64,000 nt of DNA, taken from a candidate division WOR-3 bacterium (GTDB lineage Bacteria; Hydrothermota; Tepidihabitantia; Tepidihabitantales; Tepidihabitantaceae). Below the pieces are notes generated by a model. That model was not told the DNA's origin. It ran no database searches and saw only the letters and a program-made list of their open reading frames with translations. Positions within the stretch are counted from its first letter, which is position 1. Each line of letters opens with the position of its first letter. The stretch is taken from contig JBBISL010000001.1 of assembly GCA_037441285.1 (NCBI GenBank), forward strand, positions 13,880-77,879. The letters are read 5' to 3'. This document shows, in pieces, positions 12,481 to 20,934 of the stretch. Made by a program: the position numbers and the translations under genes.

Positions 12481-14481
12481 TCACCTCGTTATTATTATCC
12501 GCAGCGGCTGAGCACCGTCAAAGCGGACAAAATATACCCCGGGACTGACCTTATTCCCATTCCGGTCTTTCCCGTTCCAGAGCAACTGGTTGCCTAATAC
12601 CGGTAAGTTGGCAACGAGTTGTCCGCTCAGGTCAAAAATTTTTAGCGCCCCACTCTGTGCTGCATAGTTGGTTGTAAATCTTACTGGCAAGGCGGTAGGG
12701 TTACAGTGGGGTTTAATAACAACCGGCTCGGGTGCTTGATGTTGGGACGTGCTGATGCCAACATTGCTTACCCCTTCTATCGCATCAAGATGAAACTCGC
12801 CCGAGGCGGTGACTTTTATGTAGCGGGCGCTGTCCAAGCCAACAGCACCGATGTCCAACAGACTCTGGTTAGTGTTGGCGGTGCCAATATCGGTCCAGGG
12901 TCCTTGCCAATCATTCGCCCCTTGAACTAACGCCGTACCGCTGCCCGCGGAGCGATAGACAATTAAATCCATACCTTCTTGATTGCGAACCGGTGTATGC
13001 ATATCAAGACAGATGTACTTACCGTTGTCGAGCCGGAACCCTTCACCATCGTGAGGACCGAGCGCCCGAATCGGATAGGTCCGATTTACTGATGGGTTGA
13101 CATAGTTGTTGGAGATATTGCGGAAGGCAAAAAGCGGTGCTGATGGGTCCGGGGTTAACTGGACATCAACCGTTGTCACTGAGTCTCCGGAATCGGGTAC
13201 AACAACATCGATTAAAGTCGTTTCCCGGTATCCGGGCGCGCGAAATGTTAACTGATAGGTTCCGGGAAGATAAAAGCGGTGAAAGTCACCCAGTTCGGGG
13301 TCATTATAACTGAGCCAGTTTGCGGGACTGACCCAGATTTGGCAGGGAACCGGCTCTCCCGTTGTTGCATCGGTGACAGTACCCCTAATTCCCTGACCGG
13401 CGTGATGCATCAAGGCAAGCATTGCTGGCTTGTTCAAATTGAAAGTCGGGTCAATTTCAGAAGCAGGTGGGGTTTTCTCGATGTGCACTTCAATTGACCA
13501 GCCCATCATTCCATAGCCATAGTCAAAATCTTTGGTTGAGCCATTAATTAGATACATACTGTCCGCACCCTGCCCATAGGTGTAGTGGGTGAAGGCGTCG
13601 TAGCGGGCTGAGAGAAATTGAATCAGGGTCAGTTCCGGAATAGTGTTTTGATAAGAGAAGCAATAACTCCAGGGATGGGAGATGAAGGTAGTGCCGGCGT
13701 GATAAGAGACATAGGTTACTGCAGGATTACGCCAGATGTGGGCTAAAGCCGCTCTATTTTCCGGCTCGGAAAATGGGGCGGCGCCCTGACTTACTTCATC
13801 ACCCCACATCCAGCCCCAGTTACGATTTAAGTCAACATTGTTGCCATTGTAACGGCGGCCCGCGATATAGCCGTCGGGATTGTACATTGGTAGAAAGTAA
13901 ATTTCCCGGTCGTTCACCAGTCGGGTAACAAGGGTGTCGGTGCCGTAGTTTTGAACAAGGTATTTTATCAGTTCGAATACAATCGCCCAACCGATTTTCT
14001 CATCGCCATGGATATCTCCTTCGAAATGAACTACCGGCTCATTTTCATCGCTTTGGGGGTTGTCTGAGATTTTCATTATGAGGATTAAATTACCATTATA
14101 ACTCAAACCCAGCGTTTCCAGTTTGCAAATATTGGGGTTATTCTGGGCGATAATTGCCATTGTGTCCCGAAACTCGGTGTAGGTTAAATACCGACCGTCG
14201 CTGCCAGAGGCAAGGAAGTTTTGCTCGTATACCCTGGTAATGTCTCGGGTAAGAATTTCAATTGAATAACCGCTACTCCTTAATTTATTCTGTTCTTCTA
14301 CCGTTGCTTCAGCTACTACACCCTTGTTGTCAATGTAGTTGACAATTACTCCGATTTTTTCTAATGCGCGCATCTCATTGCGACCGGCTCCTACAATCCG
14401 TACAAGGTCTCTGGACTTGTCAATATGGGCACTCGCCATGGTAAGGGTTGTAAAGATAAAAAAAACAATCCTTGGTTTCAT
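12481..14481 (-). CDS. Secreted M14 zinc carboxypeptidase with C-terminal FlgD-Ig/T9SS-like domain
   Basis: HGDE, NPDG...RYNGNNVDLNRNW, FSEPE and YH motifs. C-terminal LWNGKDRNGNKVSPGVYFVR. Start chosen at ATG 14481 (AAGGAG RBS, signal peptide follows). Confidence 0.9.
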   Translation of the reverse strand: MKPRIVFFIFTTLTMASAHIDKSRDLVRIVGAGRNEMRALEKIGVIVNYIDNKGVVAEATVEEQNKLRSSGYSIEILTRDITRVYEQNFLASGSDGRYLTYTEFRDTMAIIAQNNPNICKLETLGLSYNGNLILIMKISDNPQSDENEPVVHFEGDIHGDEKIGWAIVFELIKYLVQNYGTDTLVTRLVNDREIYFLPMYNPDGYIAGRRYNGNNVDLNRNWGWMWGDEVSQGAAPFSEPENRAALAHIWRNPAVTYVSYHAGTTFISHPWSYCFSYQNTIPELTLIQFLSARYDAFTHYTYGQGADSMYLINGSTKDFDYGYGMMGWSIEVHIEKTPPASEIDPTFNLNKPAMLALMHHAGQGIRGTVTDATTGEPVPCQIWVSPANWLSYNDPELGDFHRFYLPGTYQLTFRAPGYRETTLIDVVVPDSGDSVTTVDVQLTPDPSAPLFAFRNISNNYVNPSVNRTYPIRALGPHDGEGFRLDNGKYICLDMHTPVRNQEGMDLIVYRSAGSGTALVQGANDWQGPWTDIGTANTNQSLLDIGAVGLDSARYIKVTASGEFHLDAIEGVSNVGISTSQHQAPEPVVIKPHCNPTALPVRFTTNYAAQSGALKIFDLSGQLVANLPVLGNQLLWNGKDRNGNKVSPGVYFVRFDGAQPLRIIITR

Positions 14482-14559
14482 CAATACTCCTTTCAGGACC
14501 ATATTTTAAATGATATTGCGGTTCAAGTAATTGTCAAAATAATTGTTATTCGACATGTC

Positions 14560-14581
14560 AATGTCATATTAATGTCATATT
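14560..14581. promoter_or_regulatory. 11-bp tandem direct repeat AATGTCATATT x2 (Pho-box/OmpR-family-like site)
   Basis: Exact tandem repeat with TGTCA cores 11 bp apart. Further TGTCA at 14532 and 14556. Confidence 0.45.
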
Positions 14582-14621
14582 AGAGTAAGAGTAATGGTTG
14601 TTTTAACCTGTCGCAATTTGT

Positions 14622-14646
14622 TAACATATTGATTTTGTGTTAGTTA
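14622..14646. promoter_or_regulatory. IHF-like site (TAAC-N17-GTTA)
   Basis: The reverse strand contains AATCAATATGTTA, an exact WATCAANNNNTTR match. Confidence 0.55.
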
Positions 14647-14708
14647 TTGTCCTTGACGCACTTTAGTAAGTGCGGTCGCATTAAACAATTTTGTTTCGGT
14701 TGTTGTTC

Positions 14709-14733
14709 TAACTTATTATTTTTTTATATGTTA
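14709..14733. promoter_or_regulatory. Second IHF-like site (TAAC-N17-GTTA) just upstream of the sigma54 promoter
   Basis: TAACTTATTATTTTTTTATATGTTA has the same 25-bp geometry and lies about 20-45 bp upstream of the -24 box. Confidence 0.45.
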
Positions 14734-14750
14734 GAATTTCAGGCTGTTGG

Positions 14751-14766
14751 TGGCACAGATAATGCA
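14751..14766 (+). promoter_or_regulatory. Sigma54 (RpoN) -24/-12 promoter
   Basis: TGGCACAGATAATGCA versus consensus TGGCAC-N5-TTGCW. GG and GC are exactly 10 nt apart. Intergenic, with AT-rich IHF-like sites upstream. Confidence 0.7.
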
Positions 14767-14876
14767 TTTAATGGCTTTCGGTGTTTTTAATAAGAAACGG
14801 GAAGGGGTTAGGTGAAATTGACAGAGTTCTGTTTAATTTTTGTCAATAAGTTTGCTCTTTACAAGCGGGAGTTTTT

Positions 14877-15463
14877 GGGTCCACCGGGCTGCCTCATAAA
14901 TTGAGTACAATTCTGTAAGACGGGTAGCTACGGAGTCGAGAGGAAGCGCATTGTTCTCTCTGCTCTCTGTTCCGTTGCCTTTGAGGCGCACCCGAAATAT
15001 TAGTACTCCATAGTTTACTCGTCTTCAAAATTGGTGGGTTGCGGAAGGAGGGATACCATTATCCCTTTTGGGAAGGAGGGATAATGACCCAAAGATAAGC
15101 GGACCCCGGATGGTAGTTGGTAAAATGAAGGAGCAGAACAAAAAGAAGAGAACCTTTGACCGAACTCGAGACAAGTAAATGCTCCTTAAAGGCCGGAGAA
15201 GTTAAGGTTTAACCAGTAACCTTCGGGGTCCGCCTTAAGATTATCTCCTGGGGCCGGCATCTTAGCCTCCTTCTTGGGATTTTGTAAGCCCACGCCCAAG
15301 TCCTACCATAATCGGCCCCTTTTTCTACGCCCGGTGGGCCCCATTATTTGAAGGAGCTGCGGTACGCCTGAAGGGTGTTCTATACCTTTTTAAATGGGGA
15401 GAGCATGCCGCCTTTTTAAAATATCAGGCACTCTGGAACGCTCACAGGGTAGCCGCGGCTCCT
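14877..15463 (+). ncRNA. Candidate large structured non-coding RNA or giant 5' leader (family unrecognised)
   Basis: Nested helices read by eye: 14877-14889/15329-15341, 14908-14936/15005-15033, 15034-15046/15280-15293, 15071-15079/15266-15274, 15099-15110/15222-15233, 15128-15135/15180-15187, 15352-15363/15452-15463 and 15373-15382/15434-15443. Non-Watson-Crick positions are mostly G-U on the + strand. No long ORF. Confidence 0.65.
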
Positions 15464-15495
15464 GTAAGATTTACCGGGGGAGAAGGAGGAAAACG

Positions 15496-17451
15496 ATGTT
15501 GAGGGTAAAGGGGTGTAGGTTCAAATATTTTACTTTTACTCTTTTGATGCTCATTGCCTTTGGTGGCTCTTGCCTTAAGCCACCAGCATTGCCGCAATGG
15601 GATGTCAGTCTGAAAATACCAGTTTATCAGCGAACGATTCGTTTAGGTGAACTTCTGTCAAACAGTGAAAAGTTCCAGATTCAGCCTGATTCATCTTTTG
15701 TAATCAATCTTACCCATCAATGGGGGCCCGTGGCGGTTGATAACGCTGTTTCTTTGCTTGCGATTGAAGAGAGAGAAAAAATCGGGTTGGCGGATTTCGT
15801 TTTTTTCAATTTAGGCAGCGGTAGAGATGGAATAAGCTGTGAGGAAATTTTTGGCCCGATTCCCGATTCGGGTTTGAAGTTACAGGTTGAGCCGTTTAGC
15901 AATAATTTTCAGAAGCACTGCGTTATAGAGAATATTCAGACTGTTGACATTCTCGAAGGTGTGGTTATTGTGCGACTCGAAAATCGCACACCGCTCAGTT
16001 TTGATTCGATTGATATCAAACTATTGGGGACGGTAGTCCATCTCGGCGGTATTAGAGCCGGAGAGTTCCAGGAAGAGAAGTTAAGATTGGGAGGAGCAAG
16101 GGCGGTTAACCCAATTGATTTCGATGTTGTTGTTCATTCGATGGGGAGTGGTCGGGATACAGTAAGAATTTTCCCTCAGGATAGTCTTGTGATAAACATT
16201 GAACCGGAGTCACTTAAAATTGGAGGCGGCCGGTTAAAAGTTGTTGATGCTCAAGCCGAGAAAAAAGTAGAAATAAGGATGGTCGCCCGCAATCCTTTGA
16301 GAATTGACAGTCTTGTTCTATCACAAGGACAGTGCGTTTTCACGGTGGGTAACCGTTTGCCGGCAGCAATAAATCTAAACTATGAGTTTCGTAAGATTGG
16401 TGTTAGTTCGTCCCGGACAGTTGAGGCCGGAGAAGGGATGACGGCTGAATTCAACCTGGCCGAGGTTGGAATCGACAATTTACGGAAAACGGGTGGAATA
16501 CTCGAACTTCAGACGCGGATAAAGTTCGACTCCCGAGGAGAATTTGTTGATGTGACAAAAGATTGTGCGGTGGACATCGGATATGTAATTCTGGACGCTA
16601 AACCGCGATTTCTTGTCGGGATGTTTCGGGAACCAGTGTATGTTTTTTCCCATGTTGAGACCTTACCCGAATTAGTACCTTTTAATTTGCACGGCGTACG
16701 GTTTTCCACAGCACAGCTGGTGTTGGCAGGAGAAAATGGTGTTGGTTTTCCGATGGATGTCTTTGTTGCTTTAAAGGCGATAAAGAATCAGCAAATAGTG
16801 GCGACCGTTGAAGATGTGATTACCGTAATGCCCGGACAAAGAAACCAACCCGGTACTTTTGAGCGCATGTTTCCGATAACTACGCTACTTAACACCGGAC
16901 CGGATTTTATCACCTGCGAATACAATGTCCGGATGAGAGGTTACGGTCGATTTGAGAGTGGACAGTCTGTTTCCGGGACGGCGGTTTTGAATGTTCCAAT
17001 GCGAGTGGCATTTGTGCCGGATACGGTAATTTTGCCCGATAAAAGGATTGAATTGTCCGATGGAGAACGGCAATCGGTGCAAAACTATCTTGTTGATGGC
17101 CAAGCAGGAATCAGGTTGAAGACGGCACTGCCGTTTGGGATGAATGGGCGGCTGGTGTTAAAACCAGGTTCTTTGAGCGAACCGAATGTTCTTGTTGACT
17201 CCGTTGCAATTCCATTTGTTGTACCGGCCGGGGTGGTTAACAACCAGGGGAGATGTGTTGCCGAGCGGGATACCGCAATCTCAGTTTGTCTTGATAGCAT
17301 GGCGGTTACCGTTTTCCGGAGTTACCCGTTGAGTGCCAGATTGATATTCGAGTTACCGGCAACCGATACAGTGGTTGTTTATACCAATGACCAGATAAAA
17401 CTGGACGCAACTGTGGAAGTCCGAATACGGGTTAATCACAGTCCCAAATAA
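15496..17451 (+). CDS. Large beta-rich putative outer-membrane lipoprotein of unknown function
   Basis: AAGGAGG RBS before ATG 15496 (track start 15394 rejected). Signal peptide ends GGS-C, followed by PQWDVSLKIP. Sequence is beta-strand-rich. Confidence 0.75.
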   Translation: MLRVKGCRFKYFTFTLLMLIAFGGSCLKPPALPQWDVSLKIPVYQRTIRLGELLSNSEKFQIQPDSSFVINLTHQWGPVAVDNAVSLLAIEEREKIGLADFVFFNLGSGRDGISCEEIFGPIPDSGLKLQVEPFSNNFQKHCVIENIQTVDILEGVVIVRLENRTPLSFDSIDIKLLGTVVHLGGIRAGEFQEEKLRLGGARAVNPIDFDVVVHSMGSGRDTVRIFPQDSLVINIEPESLKIGGGRLKVVDAQAEKKVEIRMVARNPLRIDSLVLSQGQCVFTVGNRLPAAINLNYEFRKIGVSSSRTVEAGEGMTAEFNLAEVGIDNLRKTGGILELQTRIKFDSRGEFVDVTKDCAVDIGYVILDAKPRFLVGMFREPVYVFSHVETLPELVPFNLHGVRFSTAQLVLAGENGVGFPMDVFVALKAIKNQQIVATVEDVITVMPGQRNQPGTFERMFPITTLLNTGPDFITCEYNVRMRGYGRFESGQSVSGTAVLNVPMRVAFVPDTVILPDKRIELSDGERQSVQNYLVDGQAGIRLKTALPFGMNGRLVLKPGSLSEPNVLVDSVAIPFVVPAGVVNNQGRCVAERDTAISVCLDSMAVTVFRSYPLSARLIFELPATDTVVVYTNDQIKLDATVEVRIRVNHSPK

Positions 17452-17453
17452 CC

Positions 17454-18653
17454 ATGTTGAATATTCTTTGTTTAACGCTTGGTGTCTTGAATCCCGTTTT
17501 TAGTACAGGAAGTAATGCCCTTTTGATAAATCCGGCAAACCTCGGGTTGACAGAAAACCCGATTTTTTCCTGCGAGATTGTTGATTTGAACGCCGGGTTG
17601 GAAAACAACGCCTTCAACATCGTCCAATATAATCGTTACAGCGGAGCGTTTATTGACGAGACGGCAAAAAAATTACTATTAAGGTCGGTACCCAAAAGCG
17701 GACTCGCAATTAACACGGGATTTAATGGGGCAATGCCCCGGTTCAGTTACCGTAATTTTGCGGTTTCGGTCCAAAGCGATGCCGGTGCCGAAGTGGTAGT
17801 GCCCAAAGACCTGATTGACTTAATTCTAAATGGCAATGAGTTAGACCGGATGTACAGTTCAAATGGTGCGCGGGCAAAGTTGACCGCCCTATTGCGGTCA
17901 GGTATAGGAACGGGCAAACGCTGGGGGAATTTTTTAGTAGGCGCATCTTTTAATTATATCCGAGGTCTGTTCTATAGTCAGCTTCTTAACCATGAGGCAC
18001 GGATTGTTACAACTCGGGAAGGTTTTACGGGCGAAGGCTGTGTTGGTTATTTGAAAGCACAGGGTGGTAATGGCTGGAGCATTGATGTGGGTGGTGCCTA
18101 TCAGAAAGCTCGACTTTACCTTGGGCTGTCGGTATTTGACCTGAGTCCTGGGATAGTGTGGCACGAACAGGTTGAGGAGGGGTACTGGACATTCAGGGTT
18201 GATTCAGTCAATCTTTACGAACTATTTGCGGGCTCAGATAAGATTTACTCTCGGGTAAATCGGGTCAGTAGTAATGAGATTTTAACTTACTTACCGATCA
18301 AATTAAATATGAGCATAGGTTATCAAATCCAACCGGGTGTTAATGCCGGTGTTGTTTTGCATCCGGTTTTGGACTTAGAACCCTTCGGTTTAAGTCGGTT
18401 CACTGCCGAACTCATATCAGAAGTGACAATCAAGAAACTGGTGCCGATTTGTTTAACCGTCGGATATGATAACCGCTTTGGGGTTATTACGGGCATAAAC
18501 ACCGGTTTAAATCTGAGAGGTTGGAGTTTTCAGTTGGGAGTTAAGGAGGTTGGTGGCCTTTTGTTTTTCGGAAAGGGGGCTGAGGTCAGATTGGCAATCG
18601 GTTATGCGGTTTTCCAAAGAGCGGCAGTTCCTAAATCGGTTATTAAAATCTAA
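17454..18653 (+). CDS. Putative outer-membrane beta-barrel protein (DUF5723/TraF-like)
   Basis: Signal peptide, N-terminal NPANLG motif, alternating amphipathic strands (e.g. GWSIDVGGAY). Starts 2 bp after the lipoprotein gene. Confidence 0.7.
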   Translation: MLNILCLTLGVLNPVFSTGSNALLINPANLGLTENPIFSCEIVDLNAGLENNAFNIVQYNRYSGAFIDETAKKLLLRSVPKSGLAINTGFNGAMPRFSYRNFAVSVQSDAGAEVVVPKDLIDLILNGNELDRMYSSNGARAKLTALLRSGIGTGKRWGNFLVGASFNYIRGLFYSQLLNHEARIVTTREGFTGEGCVGYLKAQGGNGWSIDVGGAYQKARLYLGLSVFDLSPGIVWHEQVEEGYWTFRVDSVNLYELFAGSDKIYSRVNRVSSNEILTYLPIKLNMSIGYQIQPGVNAGVVLHPVLDLEPFGLSRFTAELISEVTIKKLVPICLTVGYDNRFGVITGINTGLNLRGWSFQLGVKEVGGLLFFGKGAEVRLAIGYAVFQRAAVPKSVIKI

Positions 18654-18699
18654 TCGATTTCGCTTGACGAAAAAATTACATTGATTATTATACTGATAA

Positions 18700-18772
18700 G
18701 GGGCTGTAGCTCAGTTGGGAGAGCACCTGCTTTGCAAGCAGGGGGTCGCCCGTTCGAATCGGGTCAGCTCCA
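18700..18772 (+). tRNA. tRNA-Ala (TGC), CCA not encoded
   Basis: GGGGCTG/CAGCTCC acceptor stem with G3:U70, D arm GCTCAGTTGGGAGAGC, anticodon arm CCTGC-TTTGCAA-GCAGG, T loop TTCGAAT. Confidence 0.97.
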
Positions 18773-18810
18773 TTTACCTGCCTGCCGTAAGCCTCGTAAG
18801 GCTACAATCG

Positions 18811-20934
18811 TTAAAGCAAAATCCGGGCGTCAATCACCAGCGCCCCTTTACCTTCTTCATAAACAAAGAGCGGGTTGATATCAATTTCATCAAACTCCGG
18901 AAAATCCATGACCAACTGCGATAGGCGCTGAATCGACTCTTTAATCTTCTGTTTATCGCGTGCTGGTTTTCCCCGGAATGGTTCAAGCAGGCGATGCGCC
19001 CTGATACCGGTAATCATTGACTCGGCCGAGAGGTCGTTTACCGGCGCAACCCGGAAGACAACATCTTTAAGGACTTCAACTAAAATTCCCCCCAGACCAA
19101 ACATCAACAGCGGACCAAAATGGGGGTCGCGTTTCATCCCGAGAATTGTTTCCAATCCACCGCTCGGTGCCATCTTTTGGACCATTACACCCCAGATTTC
19201 GGCATCGGGCTTTTTGTTTTTAACTGTTTCCAGCATTGCGGTATAGGACTCTTCGAGTTGCTCGTTACTGTTGATATTGATGCGGACACCACCGAAATCG
19301 GTTTTGTGAATGATGTCCGGAGAAACAATTTTAATCGCAACCGGATACCCGATTTTCTGGGCGATTGTTAACGCCTCAGTAATGTTGGTGGCGAGTTCGA
19401 ATTCCGCCACCGGTATGCCGTAGGCTTTCAGGATTTGATGGCATTCAGGTTCAGAGATGAATGGGCGGGGTCGCTTTTTTGCCCGGGTAACAATCTGGCG
19501 TACTTGCTCAGGGCGAACATCGGTAAATTTGACAACCTCTCCGGGGGGACGGCGGCTTAATCGGCCGAATTCAGCCATCGTTGCCAGGGCGCGAGCCGCA
19601 TTTTCGGGAAAGAGAAAATGAGGGATTCGAACGCGGAGTAAGGCACGCCGGATTGCGGTATTGTCACCCATTGTCTGAATGCAGGCGATGATGGGCTTGT
19701 CTGTATTTTGAGCTTCTTCGGCGATGACATTGGCAACATCAATCGCTTCTGCCATTACGGTTGGTGTCCATATCGGGATTATGCCGTCGATATTTTCGTC
19801 CTGAAGGAGGATACGAAATGCGGCACGATAGCGATTGGCATCACCATCGCCGATGATATCGACCGGGTTGTTAATCGCAGCTGCTGGGGGCAAAACCTTT
19901 TTAAGTTCGGTGCGGGTTTTTTCGGTTAAAGGTGCGATTTTTAGTCCGTATCGCACACAGGCATCGGTCGCCATAATTCCCACTCCACCGGCGTTGGTGA
20001 TAATGGCGACTCTGGGACCGCGCGGCGGAGGCTGGTAGGCAAGGACGGCGGCTTTGGCGATTAACTCGCTTACTGTGTCAACTCGCAGGATGCGTGCCTG
20101 GGCAAAAAAGGCGTTGTATGCCTCGTCTGAACCGGCAAGGGCACCGGTGTGGGAAGATGCGGCACGGGCGCCTTCGCTTGTTCGGCCCGCTTTGATGGCA
20201 AGAATCGGTTTGGGCCTTTTGGCGTGGGAGGTTATTTCTCGAGCAATGCGCATAAATTCCGGCGGGTTAACTAAATCTTCAAGATAGAGCGCGATGACAT
20301 CAGTTTCTTCGTCGTCCTTCAAATATTCGAGCAGGTCACACTCGTTTATGTCCGCTTTATTACCAATTGAGATGAATTTAGAAAGACCAACCTCTTCGGA
20401 TTCGGCATATTCGAGTGCGTTGACCCCGACCGCACCGGATTGTGAAATCAGGGCGATGTTTCCGGTTCGGGGCATTACACGACCGAAAGTGGTGTTCAAT
20501 CTTACTGCCGGACTGGTGTTTATCATTCCAAAGCAGTTTGGTCCGATAAGGCGAATACCCCAGGTGCGAGCTCTTTCCTTAACCGCTTGCTCGAGTGCCG
20601 CACCGGTGGCACCGAGTTCTTTGAACCCGGCCGAGATGACAATGGCACCTTTTACCTTCTTCTGGCCACATTCAGCCAGAACCGCAGGCACGGTTATTGC
20701 CGGGACAATGAGTATCGCAAGGTCGATTTCGTCTTCGATATCAAGAATCGATGGGTAGGCTTTTACACCGAGGATGCTCTTTGCCCGGGGATTAACGGGA
20801 AAAACGACGCCGGTGTAACCGTTAAACAGGATATTGGCGAACAGGGCGCGTCCTACCGAACCTTCTTTGCTCGAGGCACCGATGACCGCAACAGAACGGG
20901 GCTTGAAGATAAAGTCTAAGTTATTTGCTTTCAT
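18811..20934 (-). CDS. ADP-forming acetate/acyl-CoA ligase, alpha-beta fusion
   Basis: CoA-binding SVAVIGAS, GPNCFG, SQSGA, SHTGALAG (catalytic His retained), TNAGGVG, and ATP-grasp IIHKTDFGGV and DINPL. Confidence 0.92.
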   Translation of the reverse strand: MKANNLDFIFKPRSVAVIGASSKEGSVGRALFANILFNGYTGVVFPVNPRAKSILGVKAYPSILDIEDEIDLAILIVPAITVPAVLAECGQKKVKGAIVISAGFKELGATGAALEQAVKERARTWGIRLIGPNCFGMINTSPAVRLNTTFGRVMPRTGNIALISQSGAVGVNALEYAESEEVGLSKFISIGNKADINECDLLEYLKDDEETDVIALYLEDLVNPPEFMRIAREITSHAKRPKPILAIKAGRTSEGARAASSHTGALAGSDEAYNAFFAQARILRVDTVSELIAKAAVLAYQPPPRGPRVAIITNAGGVGIMATDACVRYGLKIAPLTEKTRTELKKVLPPAAAINNPVDIIGDGDANRYRAAFRILLQDENIDGIIPIWTPTVMAEAIDVANVIAEEAQNTDKPIIACIQTMGDNTAIRRALLRVRIPHFLFPENAARALATMAEFGRLSRRPPGEVVKFTDVRPEQVRQIVTRAKKRPRPFISEPECHQILKAYGIPVAEFELATNITEALTIAQKIGYPVAIKIVSPDIIHKTDFGGVRININSNEQLEESYTAMLETVKNKKPDAEIWGVMVQKMAPSGGLETILGMKRDPHFGPLLMFGLGGILVEVLKDVVFRVAPVNDLSAESMITGIRAHRLLEPFRGKPARDKQKIKESIQRLSQLVMDFPEFDEIDINPLFVYEEGKGALVIDARILL

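Noticed and set aside
14877-15463. Identification of the structured region as RNase P RNA, tmRNA, SRP RNA, 6S RNA or a T-box/cobalamin riboswitch
   Set aside because: No GAGGAAAGUCC, no tRNA-like T-loop/CCA end, no SRP helix-8 motif and no B12 or T-box consensus seen on either strand. It is too long and multi-domain for 6S. An Rfam search is still needed.
15394-15495. N-terminal extension of the 685-aa ORF in the track
   Set aside because: It lies inside the RNA hairpin and has no RBS. ATG 15496 has AAGGAGG and gives a proper lipoprotein signal.
18700-18810. tRNA-Ala as an integration site for an island
   Set aside because: No integrase, no duplicated tRNA 3' end and no compositional shift seen.
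18681-18924. 65-aa and 69-aa ORFs
   Set aside because: They overlap tRNA-Ala and the end of the convergent ligase gene, so they are treated as spurious.
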